Source: Octopus sinensis (Eukaryota). Taken from it: a DNA stretch of 64,000 nt. The stretch spans positions 26,970,001-27,034,000 of the forward strand of contig NC_042997.1 of assembly GCF_006345805.1 (NCBI RefSeq), written 5' to 3'. The notes beneath the pieces were generated by a model. The model made no database searches, was not told where the DNA came from, and saw only the letters and a program-made list of their open reading frames with translations. Positions 50,819 to 63,842 of this stretch are shown here, in pieces (positions within the stretch are counted from its first letter, which is position 1; each line of letters opens with the position of its first letter). Both the position numbers and the translations under genes were made by a program.

Positions 50819-51499
50819 TTATTGAAATAACAAACTTTATTGAAATAACAAATCAACAATTCGATATAATGGAATATTATGATTTGATGAATAGAATAAA
50901 AAAAACTATCATAAACTGATGAGATATCAATATTTTGCGAGAACAATCTAGAGTAGGATTATAAAACGAAGAACACTTGGAGGATTATAACAACCCTATG
51001 AGGCAAGAGGTGGATAGTGTACGGTGCTTCAATAGTGGTGTGAGATAATGGGTTCTAGCTAGAATCCCAATGTCTTTTTAGGCTGACATTGAGCTTAGGA
51101 AGCATATAAGAATAATCATTCAGGAAATGAAATGCAGAAAATATTTAAAGTATATGTTTGGAACGTGTGCGAGGCAGAGCAGTTAATAGAGCAACTAAAT
51201 AAAAAATCCAATGAGCAGTTATTTATGGTTGAATTGTTACCGTTGTACCCGGTTTTGTTGTGGTAGCTGCATAATTAATGAAATACAGCAACAGTTGGAT
51301 TAAAAAATAACACAGACAATCACTTGTAGCATCAATGGGTCTCTGGAGGGAGTGGTATTGGTGAAAGAAGCGGAAATCAACACACGTTCTCAAAGGACAA
51401 TTGATGAAGGCAGTAAATCATAGACAGACAATATGTAATACGCGCGCGCTCACTCACCCGTTCACGTAAGCATACAACCACACGCATATATATTTGAAT

Positions 51500-51507
51500 G
51501 TGTCAGT

Positions 51508-51572
<65 letters not shown>

Positions 51573-51614
51573 CAATATATGGGTATATATATATGGTATA
51601 TATATGGGTATATA

Positions 51615-51660
<46 letters not shown>

Positions 51661-51729
51661 TATATAAATATATATATATACATATATATATATACATATA
51701 TATTATATTTATATAAATATATATTATAT

Positions 51730-51768
<39 letters not shown>

Positions 51769-51889
51769 AATATATATATATACATATATATATATACATA
51801 TATATATATTTATATAAATATATATTATATATATATATTATATATAATATATATATATATTATATATATATATAAATATATATATTATA

Positions 51890-51968
<79 letters not shown>

Positions 51969-51982
51969 ATGTATGTATGTAC
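51500..51982. repeat. Long imperfect (TA)n/(TG)n/(ATGT)n tract; similar tracts at ~520-650, 5210-5440, 6805-6890, 21925-22065, 26870-27150, 43680-43945 and 61655-62030
   Basis: Visible directly and the source of the many YI/HT/MYVC repeat ORFs. Confidence 0.95.
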
Positions 51983-52356
51983 AAATACGTGAGTAGTTAC
52001 ATTTGGTAGTATTTGTAGACCACACATTTCTCACATGCCTCATCCCTTCATGCCCAAACCTAACTAGGCAAGGGCAGTTATAGGAACAAAGTCGGTATTA
52101 CAACATCACCAAACGTCAATACAGCCACAATTAGGTGAACAGCAATTGAAAAACATGCATAGTTGAAAATACATACCCTACACCCACGCACGTACACACA
52201 CACACTATATGCATGCATTACCTCATGTATTCATAAAAAAGTTTGTGGCAATACGATGGGAAATAAAGGAAGCTAATGAAAAATTACAATATGTGCCGAG
52301 TTGGAAATTGCGCTTGAACCCTAGCTCTGAACTAACTCGATATCTGTTGCTCGCCT

Positions 52357-52489
52357 AGCAGCAGAAAATTCAACAAAACCTGTTACTCTGAGTTTCCCGT
52401 TGCCGTTCGTCGGACTGCTTTTGCTAGAACGGCCGACGAACGGCAACGGGAAACTCAGAGTAACAGGTTTTGTTGAATTTTCTGCTGCT
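52357..52489. repeat. Perfect 57-bp inverted repeat with a 19-nt spacer, part of a (TA)n-terminated element extending to ~52570
   Basis: 52357-52413 is the exact reverse complement of 52433-52489 (checked base by base). Confidence 0.95.
52369..52428 (-). ncRNA. Minimal type I hammerhead-like ribozyme (C4 variant)
   Basis: TCTAGCAAAAGCAGT-CCGACGA-ACG(GCAA)CGG-GAAA-CTCAGAG-TA-ACAGGTTTTGTTGAA: stem I 12/15 pairs, GNRA-capped stem II, near-palindromic ACTC-A-GAGT stem III, GUA triplet. Confidence 0.65.
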
Positions 52490-52568
52490 TTAAATAAAGC
52501 ATATTACTCTACCACTGGTATTTGAGTACTCTTTTTTCCACCTTGTTTCACATTTATGTGTTTACTCC

Positions 52569-52623
<55 letters not shown>

Positions 52624-52671
52624 AAATAAGTCAAAATAGAAAATGCTAAATTAATTTTATAAACAACATTT

Positions 52672-52709
52672 CAGTACCGGGTTCAGTCATTTTGAGACCT
52701 TTTCAACTG
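52672..52709 (-). ncRNA. Minimal hammerhead fold with U3-A8 core, one lesion (GAAC for GAAA)
   Basis: CAG-TTGAAAA-GGTC(TCAAAAT)GACT-GAAC-CCGG-TA-CTG, within an element that starts right after (TA)n at ~52620. Confidence 0.58.
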
Positions 52710-52854
52710 TAACGATTTAATGATTAAATTTTGAAAAACTAAAGGAAATGTTTTTTAAAGGAATATTTGTATCGTGTTCAAATATAAGTGGCATTTTCCT
52801 TGTTTCTGCCTTTCTGTTTCTCTTGTTCACACTTGTGGGTTCGAGGTCGTTGTG

Positions 52855-52900
<46 letters not shown>

Positions 52901-53089
52901 TGTATGTATGTATGTATGTATGTATGTATGTATATATATATTCGCGTATATGCACATGGGTATGCTTGTATTTATTGTGGATGTACCCTTAGTTCCAGAT
53001 GAAGGTGTAGGTGTACCTACAGAACATACGGCCTATCTTTATTCACTACTCTATTCTTTTGTTGGGGTGGAGAGTTTGCGAGAGAGTAA

Positions 53090-53123
<34 letters not shown>

Positions 53124-53411
53124 TACAATAGAATAGTTACGATGAAGCATTTGTATGATATTGCATTATGTAAATACAATATATGTCCGAAATCATGCGG
53201 GATGAATTACAAAATAAACGAAAGAAAAAATTTAGAACTGTTGGAGCTATTAATTATATTTCAATATTTTTGCGGTTATGGTCCCTTCCTCGTGGTATAT
53301 GGAGAAGTATAGATACACACATGCATTGATACATACATACACACAAACACACGTATTATATATATATGTATGTATATATATAGAAAGAGAGATATAGATA
53401 GATTGATAGGT

Positions 53412-53465
<54 letters not shown>

Positions 53466-53497
53466 GCCTCTATAGTGCTGCTGCCTGGGTCAAGCGG

Positions 53498-53936
53498 GTG
53501 GCTTCTGGAAGACCCTATGTCTGGAAACAGGACTCTGCACCATTCCACACAAGCAGGAGAACCCAGTCATGGCTGTTAGACAATTTCTGCGACTGCATTA
53601 TCCCTAACATCAGGCCACCTATCACTCCATACTCTAACCCCCTTTGTTATTATGTGTGGGGTACAGTTATGTTAGAGACCAACAAAATTCCCCGTAATAT
53701 CAAAGATGAACTGAAGCCAAGTATTAGGGCAGCATTCACCCACATAAACAAGAGCGTCCATAAGAGTTTCAGGAGATTCTGAAGTCGTTTGGAGGCTGTG
53801 ATTGAAGCCAATGGCGATTTTATTGTATAAACTTACTCTAGTATTTCAAGGTATTTTTAATATAATTTTGGTATATATATCTGTTAAAATCAGTGATATT
53901 TTCATTTTTAGACGTCAGTTTATTCACCGCACCCTG
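53498..53936 (+). mobile_element. Tc1/mariner-superfamily transposase 3' half with right TIR
   Basis: SGRPYVWKQDSAPFHTSRRTQSWL...PPITPYSNPLCYYVWG...RF*SRLEAVIEANGDF, ending CACCCTG|TA. Confidence 0.82.
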
Positions 53937-53970
53937 TATATATATGCTTTCATAAATATCTGTATACATG

Positions 53971-54036
<66 letters not shown>

Positions 54037-54337
54037 TGTAAGTATATGCTAGTGCAATAAGACAAATCATAGTATATACACATGTATAACACTATGTGAG
54101 AAAATAGGAACAAGATCACCACGTGACTTTCTAATATTATTCGAGTGCGATAACAATTGTACCAAAATGACCGCCACTCCCTGCTATGTAATTTAGCATC
54201 AATAAACATGCTGCTGTATAACCAATTATTGTTTACCTCCATTGACACCATGCTAAAACGCCCTTCATATTTTTCATAGCTTCTACACATTCACGTCTAA
54301 AAACAGAAAATTTTATTCATCAATTTAAAACAATATA

Positions 54338-54758
54338 GGCGCAGGAGTGGCTGTGTGGTAAGTAGCTTGTCTACCAACCCCATGGTTCCGGGTTCAGTCC
54401 CACTGCGTGGCACCTTGGGCAAGTGTCTTCTACTATAGCCTCGGGCCGACCAAAGCATTGTGAGTGGATTTGGTAGACGGAAACTGAAAGAAGCCCGTCG
54501 TATATATGTATATATGTATATATGTGTGCGTGTGTGTGTTTATGTGTATGTGTTTGTCCCCTAGCATTGCTTGACAACCGATGCTGGTGTGTTTATGTCC
54601 CCGTTACTTGGCGGTTCGGCGAAAGAGACCGATAGAATAAGTACTGGGCTTACAAAAGAATAAGTCCCGGGGTCGAGTTGCTCGATTAAAGGCGGTGCTC
54701 CAGCATGGCCGCAGTCAAATGACTGAAACAAGTAAAAGTGTAAAAGAATAAAAAGAGT
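54338..54758 (+). mobile_element. SINE family A, full length
   Basis: GGCGCAGGAGTGGCTGTGTGG head through to the GTAAAAGAATAAAAGAGTAA tail. A worn 5' copy also lies at ~55170-55340. Confidence 0.9.
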
Positions 54759-55569
54759 AATATGTTGTAATTTTAATATGATAATAACATTATGAAATGA
54801 AATAGGCTTTTAATTATTTTCAGGTTATTAATAGTCTGTTAGATAATCAATGAATTAATGGGTTCATTCTTCTTGTAAATATAGGAAGGAAAATAGAAAG
54901 AATGGAAGAAAAATAAGGAAGAAAAGAAAATAGAGAGAACATGGAGAGAAAAAATAGAGGGAAAAAAGGGAGAAAAAAGGAAGAGGAGAAAATAGAGAGA
55001 GGAAAACGTTTTCATATTCTTAGAGTGTGCTTCTTCTGACATTTTTATTTTGCGTGATAAGATGCCCAGGAGATGTTCTGATACCACATAAATAGAGTTC
55101 TTTATATGATTATTTTTCTTTATTTCACCGCGTACACATTCAATGTCAAGCATATCTTACAAAAAAGACTGATGCGTGCCTGAGTGGTAAGAAGTTTTCT
55201 TCCGTACCACAAGGTTCCGGGCTCAAGCCCACCATGTATTACCTTGGGCATATGTCTTCTAATATAAACCTCGGTTGACCAAAGCCTTCTGAATTGATTT
55301 GGGAGATGGAAATCGAGAAAAGCCTATCCTATACATATATATGTGTGTGTGTGTTGCATGTGTTCACGCACGCGCGCGAACACATGCAACAAACAAGATG
55401 AGGAGAAATATCCGTCGAATGTAAATAATGTAAATAATGTAGATAAAGTAAATAATGTACACTGTTATTATTGAAAGACTCGTCTGATATGTGGCATTTG
55501 GTCAATAAGGGAGTGTGATGTCGCTGCCATCATTTGCGCCTCCTGCCGCGAGGTAGGTTCATCTGAGAC

Positions 55570-55652
<83 letters not shown>

Positions 55653-55668
55653 ATATATATATATATAT

Positions 55669-55850
55669 TGTGAGAATTTACGAAAAAATAAAAGACGCAG
55701 ATGAGTGTGTAAACAACAAACAGGTGTATTAGTTTAACGCTCGGAAAGTGAGAAAGTCTTTTACGTTTCGACCCTACGCTCTTCCACAGAAAGGAAAACT
55801 GAAATTAACAGAGAGAAAATAGAAAAGGTTTAGTGACTAGCGATCTATCC
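55669..55850 (-). mobile_element. ~190-bp (TA)n-abutting element with a hammerhead-like fold, copy 4
   Basis: Minus strand CTTT-CTGTGGAA-GAGC-GTAG-GGTC-GAAA-CG-TA-AAAGAC at 55793-55756. It continues without a break into ~390 bp of GC-richer sequence (to ~56240) that may be more of the same element. Confidence 0.75.
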
Positions 55851-57711
55851 TGGCGAATGCAGGACAGAGGGGTCACACAGGAGAGGTTAGGAAGAAGTGG
55901 AGATAATAAAGTAATGGTGATCCCAAAACTAAGGTGCGCGTGTGTGTGTATGTGAGAGCGTGCATGTTCGTGTGGAAGGGGGCTGGTAACTTTGACGTGT
56001 GCGTGTGTGCATGGGTAGGTGTGTGGATGATGGTGTAGGTGCTGTAGGTGCTGGGAACTGGTCAGAGCTAGTGTGTGCGCTGGTGTTGGTATTGGGAAGT
56101 AGTCAGTGCTAGTGTTTGTTCTGATAATCTGTGATTTGAACCGGAAAATGTTCATAATGTTGTGAGGGGCTGCGGTCAAGAGATTGTATCGACAATTTGA
56201 AGAACATGCACATCAGTACTTTCTTCTAGGTTTGGATTCGAAAATCAAATGGCACAACGCGCAGACGGAACGCACTAGTGCATGTATGTATAAGCAAGTA
56301 TCTATCTGTAATAATCATGCTTGATGTGAATATATCTATGTATATTTGTACATATGTGTGTATGTATGTGTGTGTGGTAGTGTGCTTTGTGTACGTATGC
56401 ATGTGTGTGCATGAAAACGTTCGTGTACTTCTGCAGCCCAAGTTCAAGCACTTTCCAGTCCACGTTCTTCCCTTTATTTATCTGCATATTTTAAGTGTAT
56501 TTCTATTTTAATACCCTTAAGTGTACTATCGTCTGCTATCGTCTGCTATCCTATCTATTTTGCCAATCATTTATCTATCCATTTGCAATATTTTAGTCTC
56601 ATGTTTCTCTTATTTTTATATTCGTTTCCCTCTTGATTTTGCTTATATTGTAGATATTTTTATAATCCTGTGTCGTATTTTTTATTGTATTTCACTACTG
56701 CGATCACTATCAATAGTATTGCCGTCTTTTATCATTCCTGTTAATACACCTTACTCAGGATATAGGAATATAATGAGCAGCACTAAGAAAAATATATATT
56801 CTCAAGAGGACTCTAGAACGAGAATGGACGGCCGTTTATTGCTGTCATCGTTTTCTAAAATATTTTCTTACACTGTGCTAATTTTACGACTACTTTATTC
56901 TCAGTGGTCTTAACACAATAACCCAAACAGATAAAACCATGTTATATATATAAGCCATAAAAAATATGAATGGTGAATATATTTATTGAACCACTTAACA
57001 ACCTTAGGATTACAGCCGTTTGACAGCCTTCTCGTATAGTAACAGTTTATGCTTACATGGTTACATTAATATGCCTGCTCGGCATTATACAAGACTATTA
57101 GGCAAGCACAAATCAATGCAAATGAAGAACGTTAAATCATTAAGTTAAATTATCAGAATATATTGGTTACACCAACAGTTCATCTCCAAGTATACGCAAA
57201 AGTTTTCGCTTTTCCTGCATATACAATGTTTGTAAGACCGAGACTAGATAAAAGTTTGTCAATAAAAATAAAGACGTGTTGTTTCATATCAAATAAGGCA
57301 GTGTTTCTCAAACTATCTAATGTGTCGTACCGTCATTTTTTTTCCAATGTGCCAGGGACCGGTAATATTTCTTAGTAATACTAATTTATACAGGAAATAA
57401 TATATATAATGAATATAATAAATGTTGACAATTTTTTAATCTTATATTTATTTTGTAACCTATAATGTTTCTTTCTTTTTTGGAAACTCGCCGCGTACTG
57501 GCAGCTGATGGCTCGCGAACCGGTACCTGTTCGCAACCAATGCTTTGAGTAGCACTGAATTAAGGTGTTGGTGAGAAATTCAAGGAATTTACAATCCGCA
57601 ATCTTAAGAAAAATTATGGAAGAATAAAAAGAAAAATTAAAGAATTAATATAAACTTTAAAATAACTTTAAAATATATATAAAATAGAGATTAAAAGTAG
57701 AAATTGTTATT

Positions 57712-58660
57712 AACAATTACACCTAGATCTCAGATATTATTAGATGCTGTGAGCGGTTCCCCTGAAGGAAGAGAGTATTGGTGTTTTAGTGTAGTCTTTC
57801 TTCGAAAATGCATCAGCTCAAATTTTCCCTCGTTTAGTTGTATTTTGTTTTTGTCTGCCCATTGACTCACAGCATATAGATCAGACTGGAGTTGACTTCG
57901 GGCATCTTCTTCGTTGATGATTTGCTGGAGTTTAGTGTCATCAGCAAATATTTTCCCTTTGTAGTGATTTACAATACTGGGAACGTCGTTTATGCAGATT
58001 ATAATGAGGAGCGGGCTCAAGACAGTCTCCTGAGGGATACCACTAATGGCATTTGCTGGGCTTGAGTGGACTCCATCGAACACAACATGTGTTCTATTCG
58101 CCAAGAAATACTCAATCCAGTGTAGAAGTTTTCCACGGATTCCAATACTTGCCAATATTGAGAGCAAGATATTATGGTCAACCCTGTCGAATGCTTTACT
58201 GAAGTCAAGATATATGACATCAAATTTCGAATCTGTTCCCAAGGCTTTAATTATATCCTCAATGTGGTGTAAGAGCTGTGTTAGACAGTCCCTGTCACAG
58301 CGAAAGCCATGCTGATTTGCATTTAGGAGTTTGTGGATCTCCAGGAAGCCAACTATCCTTGATCTTACCACTCTTTCAAACACTTTAATGATGTGGGAGG
58401 TGAGTGAGATTGGGCGATATTTGACTGCGAGGTACCTGTATCCCTCTTTGAAAACCGGGATGACAGACCAGGATAGCTGTTTCGGTATATAACCTAAGTA
58501 AAAGAATTTCTCCAGAGGTTGGTCAGAAGGATTGCAGGGTGGTGTCTATACTACTTCAGGAGACTAGCGGAGAATCTATCAGGGCCTACAGCAGAATAGT
58601 ATTTGACATCATTTATTGCTGCCATGTTGTCTGAGGCAGTGAAGGTTATGTCTGAGATTT
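57712..58660 (-). mobile_element. Second CR1-group LINE fragment, same family as 33135-34823
   Basis: MAAINDVKYYSAVGPDRF...FERVVRSRI...YLDFSKAFDRV...FADDTKL, roughly 85-90% identical by eye and truncated at both ends. Confidence 0.92.
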
Positions 58661-58661
58661 G

Positions 58662-58721
<60 letters not shown>

Positions 58722-59431
58722 CAGAGGAAGACATACATACATACATACAGACAGACGTCGACAGCCCCACAGGCAGACAGCCACACAGGCAGAGAGAGCG
58801 ATATTCTGACTGGGATAAAATTACAGCTTTGTCAATGAAGCAATATAAAACGAATTTCCAATTAACAGGCCTGTCGGCATTTTGATCTAAAGTCTCTTCA
58901 TTTCCAAGTTATAAAGTAATAACAAATGATAAATGTATAATCATCTTAGGAAAATATGTGATTTTTTTCCCTTGGTAGCTTGGAAATCTCTGAATAGCAA
59001 TTAATAGCAACGCATACGTTAGAAGTACATTTCACTGAGATACGCTTAAAAAATGATGTAGTAAGAAATCCATCAAAATTCATAATTTTTGCTTTATATT
59101 AATATAAAGGCTTCTTCACATCTAATGTTGTTGTTCTAAACGAAGTTTTGAATGATTAATATTTCTTGTCTACTCATTATCACTTATAATTATATTAAAT
59201 TCTATCAAGGGAAGGGAAATTTACTCGCCCCACAAAGTATCTGATTGACAATAACATTTAGAATAAGTTATGCATGAACGACTTTTTAAAGACGAAAATG
59301 TCGGAAAACACATTAGTATTTCAGTTTTAGCAATAAAAATATTAGGTCCACTGGGCATATTTTCAGCTGTTGTAAGTAGATACTATTTTCTCATTCTTTA
59401 AGAATATAAACCGAATGTAGCTTTCAATCGT

Positions 59432-59890
59432 ATACAAGGTGAATTCCAGAAGTTTTGAATCTGTACAGGAGAGATATTTATTAATTTCAAAAGATCACAG
59501 ACTGTCTCTTCGTGAAGACTCCATGGAAGTCTTCCAAAATGAAGGTGTCCACGACCCTTGTTACAGTCTCCTTCATCTTCTCAATATGTTCAAAACGTCA
59601 GGGTGTCACATGGAGCAAGATCTGGACTGTAGGGAGACCGAGGGACAATTGTGATGTGCGTCTCTGTCACGTAGTTGGTTCCCTGGATGGTTTGGGAACT
59701 GATACATTGTCCTGGTGTAGGCGCCACCGACTCGAATGGAAGTGCTCTAGCTTTTTGTGACTAAATCTCTTCTGAAACTCCCTCAAAGCCCCAAGAAAGT
59801 ACTCTTTGTTGACTGTCTGGCCAGCAGGAATCCCGTGGTTATAGATGCTATCCTTACATCTAAGGATCATTATGAGCTTTCCGGTGACTT
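59432..59890 (-). mobile_element. Degenerate mariner fragment
   Basis: GIPAGQTVNKEYFLGALREF...WRLHQDN, with a TIR-like TACAAGGTGAATTCCAGAAGTT at the left end. Confidence 0.65.
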
Positions 59891-60155
59891 GTGCATCATA
59901 CTGGTTTCAATGTGCTGAGGTTTACGAAAGTAAGATGATATCGATTTTTTAAGTATTAGTAAAGTAACTGTAATGAAATGGATTGAAATTTCCCCGCTGA
60001 TACCCTTTATAATGCTACATTACCAAAGAAATGTACTGTGCGATTTGAAGCCATTATTGAAAAATAAAGTGATATTTTTACAACAGATAACTGACCGTTT
60101 TTCGCCAAGTTTGAAAGCTAAAGTATTAATTATTTTATGAATTAATATATTCGTT

Positions 60156-60441
60156 GAGGCACATGGCCTAGTGGTTAGAGCAGCGAACTTGCGATCGTAG
60201 GTTCGAATCTCAGACCGGGCAATGTGTGTGTTTATGAGCGAAACACCTAAGCTCCACGCGGGTCTGGCAGACGGTAATGGCGAACTACTATTGACACTTC
60301 CGCCACGACTTTCTCTCATTCTTTCCTCGTGCATCTGGCAGCTCACTGGCGTCCCGTCCAGGTGGGGGAACCTATACGCCATTGAAATCGAGAAACCGGC
60401 CCTTATGACCCAGGTATGGCTAGAGAAGGAACAAACAACAA
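60156..60441 (+). mobile_element. SINE family B head with tail type 2
   Basis: GAGGCACATGGCCTAGTGGTTAG...GTTCGAATC head and a GGCGTCCCGTCCAGGTGGGGG tail. Confidence 0.8.
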
Positions 60442-61066
60442 TTTAATCATTCAGTAATTTCGTTTTATTACGAAAAGTTAAACAAAACTTTTCCCGTGTC
60501 TCTGGCAGTAAATAAGGGCAACTTAGCAGCTGCATTGTATAGCTTTTACAGAAGATTAGATCCATCACCCGAGTAAAACGAGGAGGCGAAATTTCGAAGT
60601 CCAAACCAATGGAGTTTTGCGTGGTCTTCATCCGCTTAATTTCACTCATTAGGTTTCTCTATATATTGATGGTAAAAGGCACTTTCCTAATATTCTCCAA
60701 ACTAATATCGGAACCAGAAGCCTGTAAAGGGAACATTTTAATTACAGGTCCATACATAGACTGCAGTTTAGATTAGCTATTTCAATCTTTTTTCGGTACA
60801 ATTGGTCATACCAACTTCAGAAAAACAACAATTATTTTATCGCTTACGCCAAGATGGAAATTTAAATCTATCAGATTTTTAGCTCATGCCCTACAGCTAC
60901 AGAACTTAATATGAGGACCCATTTCTATGTTCTTTTATCTCGACCCGCTCTACAGCCGTCGATAGTGCATGATGTTGCTGTGCATTTCTAATCGCTTGCG
61001 TTTCTATAGGGATAGACTTTAATTAAATATTATATATACATATATGTATGTATGTATGTACATATA

Positions 61067-61168
<102 letters not shown>

Positions 61169-61707
61169 GGTTTCTTCTGTTGGCAAAGACACATAATTTG
61201 TTGAATATGATTGAACGGGACTTTTAATGGTTCCACAGTCACAAGGGAATGTAAAGCAATTTCAACGCTAAATTTAAGTTGACATGAGAAAGGAACATAA
61301 GTGATTACTAGTGTGTAATCAGTCCAAAAATCTCCTTTTTCTTTCTTCACACACAACACACAAACTTAAACAAATATCGTTAAGTTAAAAAACAAATCTT
61401 CTTCATACAATAAAATGGAGCAGTTTTAATTACAATATTGTCTCTTTTTATATCTATTGCCTATGAGTAAAAACGTCGGTTTGTATATGAACACAAAATG
61501 TGATTAAATGTTTCTATAAGTCACGTAATTCATCGCCTTCTCTGGGGAAAAACTTGACATTTTCCATATAAGCTGCAGTTTTATTTAATGGATTACCACC
61601 AAGAAAGACTATGAACGTGTAAAATGTGTATGACGGAGAGTAATGGAAACTACATATATGTGTGTGTGTGTGCGTGTGTGTGTGTATTATGTATGTATGT
61701 ATATATA

Positions 61708-61758
<51 letters not shown>

Positions 61759-61768
61759 GTATACATAT

Positions 61769-61832
<64 letters not shown>

Positions 61833-61852
61833 ATACATATATATAATATACA

Positions 61853-61942
<90 letters not shown>

Positions 61943-61981
61943 TATAATATATATATATATATATCATATATATATATATGC

Positions 61982-62013
<32 letters not shown>

Positions 62014-63035
62014 TATATACATATATATACATAGAAAGAGAGAGTGGCGTTGAACAGATTATACATAGATATACATGGAGAAATACATATAGACATAGAG
62101 AGATATGCATAGATACATAGGTAGATAAATAAAACATAAAAGAAGGTTAAACTAAAGGAGAGAAAGAGAGAGACTATGTGTGGGTGGGGGATGGTGATGA
62201 ATGACTGATTTTAGCCACTCACGTTGATTTTTAGTTTGGAAATAGTATATCATCCAGTAACACAGTAACTCATTACTAGGACATATTCTCAAAGTTTATG
62301 ACCTATGCAGTTTATTATGAGCAAAATACGGTATCACTTTACGATTAATAAACACTTAACTGGAGACAGTGAAACAGAAGCAATAATATATACCATTAAC
62401 GTGAAAATAACTAAATGGGCCAACATAAATATTTATATGATATTATAAAATAGTGAAAACACCATACTGATTTAACCTGGGTAACAATCGAGCTAATTTA
62501 TTCAGTGTAAACAGCAGTTTAATTTATCTAGAGAAAACAATTCAGGCAATCATTTGAATAAAGATCAGTAGTTCTGACGTAAAGTAAAACAAAATTATTT
62601 TTCAAAAGGTTTGTAGTTTCTCAGGTTTGGAAATGAATTATATGTCATGGGAAAATGCAATCTTTTTGTAATTAATAGATGCAGTAAATAGCTAGAAAAA
62701 AGTACATTAGAGTGGTTCGTTCACAGTCACAGTGTACGTTTAAAAACACTTTTGTATTATTAATTTTGTCGTCGGTTTTGATCGTGTGATTGTATCACAT
62801 ATTTGGACGTAGGTGAACAAGTCATTACAAGTGAGAATTAACAGCTATTTCTCCCAGAGACTCTAATATGTGCAATACATGAGATGAAATAGATGAAATG
62901 AAGTTTGAAATAACAGGCTACAGATTTGCAGGAATCTAACTTACCTACAACAGAGAAACGGCTTAAATGTTAAGGTTTCGAATCGCATTCAACACATATT
63001 TTTCTTACCCACACTAGAAGGCTCATTATAAAATT

Positions 63036-63842
63036 TTCTTTCCTACTCTTTTATGGGAGGGGGGCCAGTCCATTAAATCAACCACAGTACACAATTGGTA
63101 GTTAATTTATCGGCTTCTAAAGGGTGAAAGGCAAAGTCGACCTCGGTGGAATTTGAACTCAGAATGTAAAGACAGACGAAATACCTATTTCTTTACTACC
63201 CACAAGGGGCTAAGCATAGAGAGGACAAACAAGGACAGACAAACGGATTAAGTCGATTAGATCGACCCCAGTGAGTAACTGGTACTTAATTTATCGACCC
63301 CGAAAGGGTAAAAGGCAAAGTCGACCTCGGCGGAATTTGAACTCAGAACGTAGCGGCAAGCGAAATACCTATTTCTTTACTACCCACAAGGGGCTAAACA
63401 CAGAGAGGACAAAAAAGAACAGACAAATGGATTAATTCGATTATATCGACCCCAGTGCATAACTGGTACTTATTTAAATAAGGCCGACAGCTTTAAATAA
63501 GGCCGACAGCTGGCAGAAACGTTAGAACGCTGGGCGAAATGCTTAGCAGTACTTCGTCTGCCGCTACGTTCTGAGTTCAAATTCCGCCGAGGTCGACTTT
63601 GCCTTTCATCCTTTCGGGGTTGATTAAATAAGTACCAGTAACGCACTGGGGTCGATAATCGACTTAATCTGATTGTCTGTCCTTGTTTGTCCTCTCTATG
63701 TTTCGCCCCTTGTGGGTAGTAAAGAAATAGGATGAAAGGCAAAGTCGACCTCGGTGGAATTTGAACTCAGAACGTTGCGGCAGACGAAATACCGCCAAGC
63801 ATCTCGCCCGGCGAGCTAACAATTCTGCCAGCTCGCCACCTT
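63036..63842 (-). mobile_element. Composite SINE family C insertion: a minus-strand multi-module element interrupted by an inverted plus-strand copy (~63473-63730)
   Basis: A 17-bp direct repeat AGGCTCATTATAAAATT at 63019-63035 and 63843-63859 brackets the whole unit. There are internal tandem modules and a 19-bp duplication at 63473-63510. Confidence 0.85.

Noticed and set aside
52990-53035. CAGATGA-AGG...CCT-ACAGAAC hammerhead-like string
   Set aside because: Too many core deviations and no second copy in the window to support a consensus.
56220-56245. Acceptor-like TTTTCTTCTAG|GTTTGG as the next K2P exon
   Set aside because: It would give TIG-LDS rather than a GYG/GFG filter, and it lies in probable repeat sequence.
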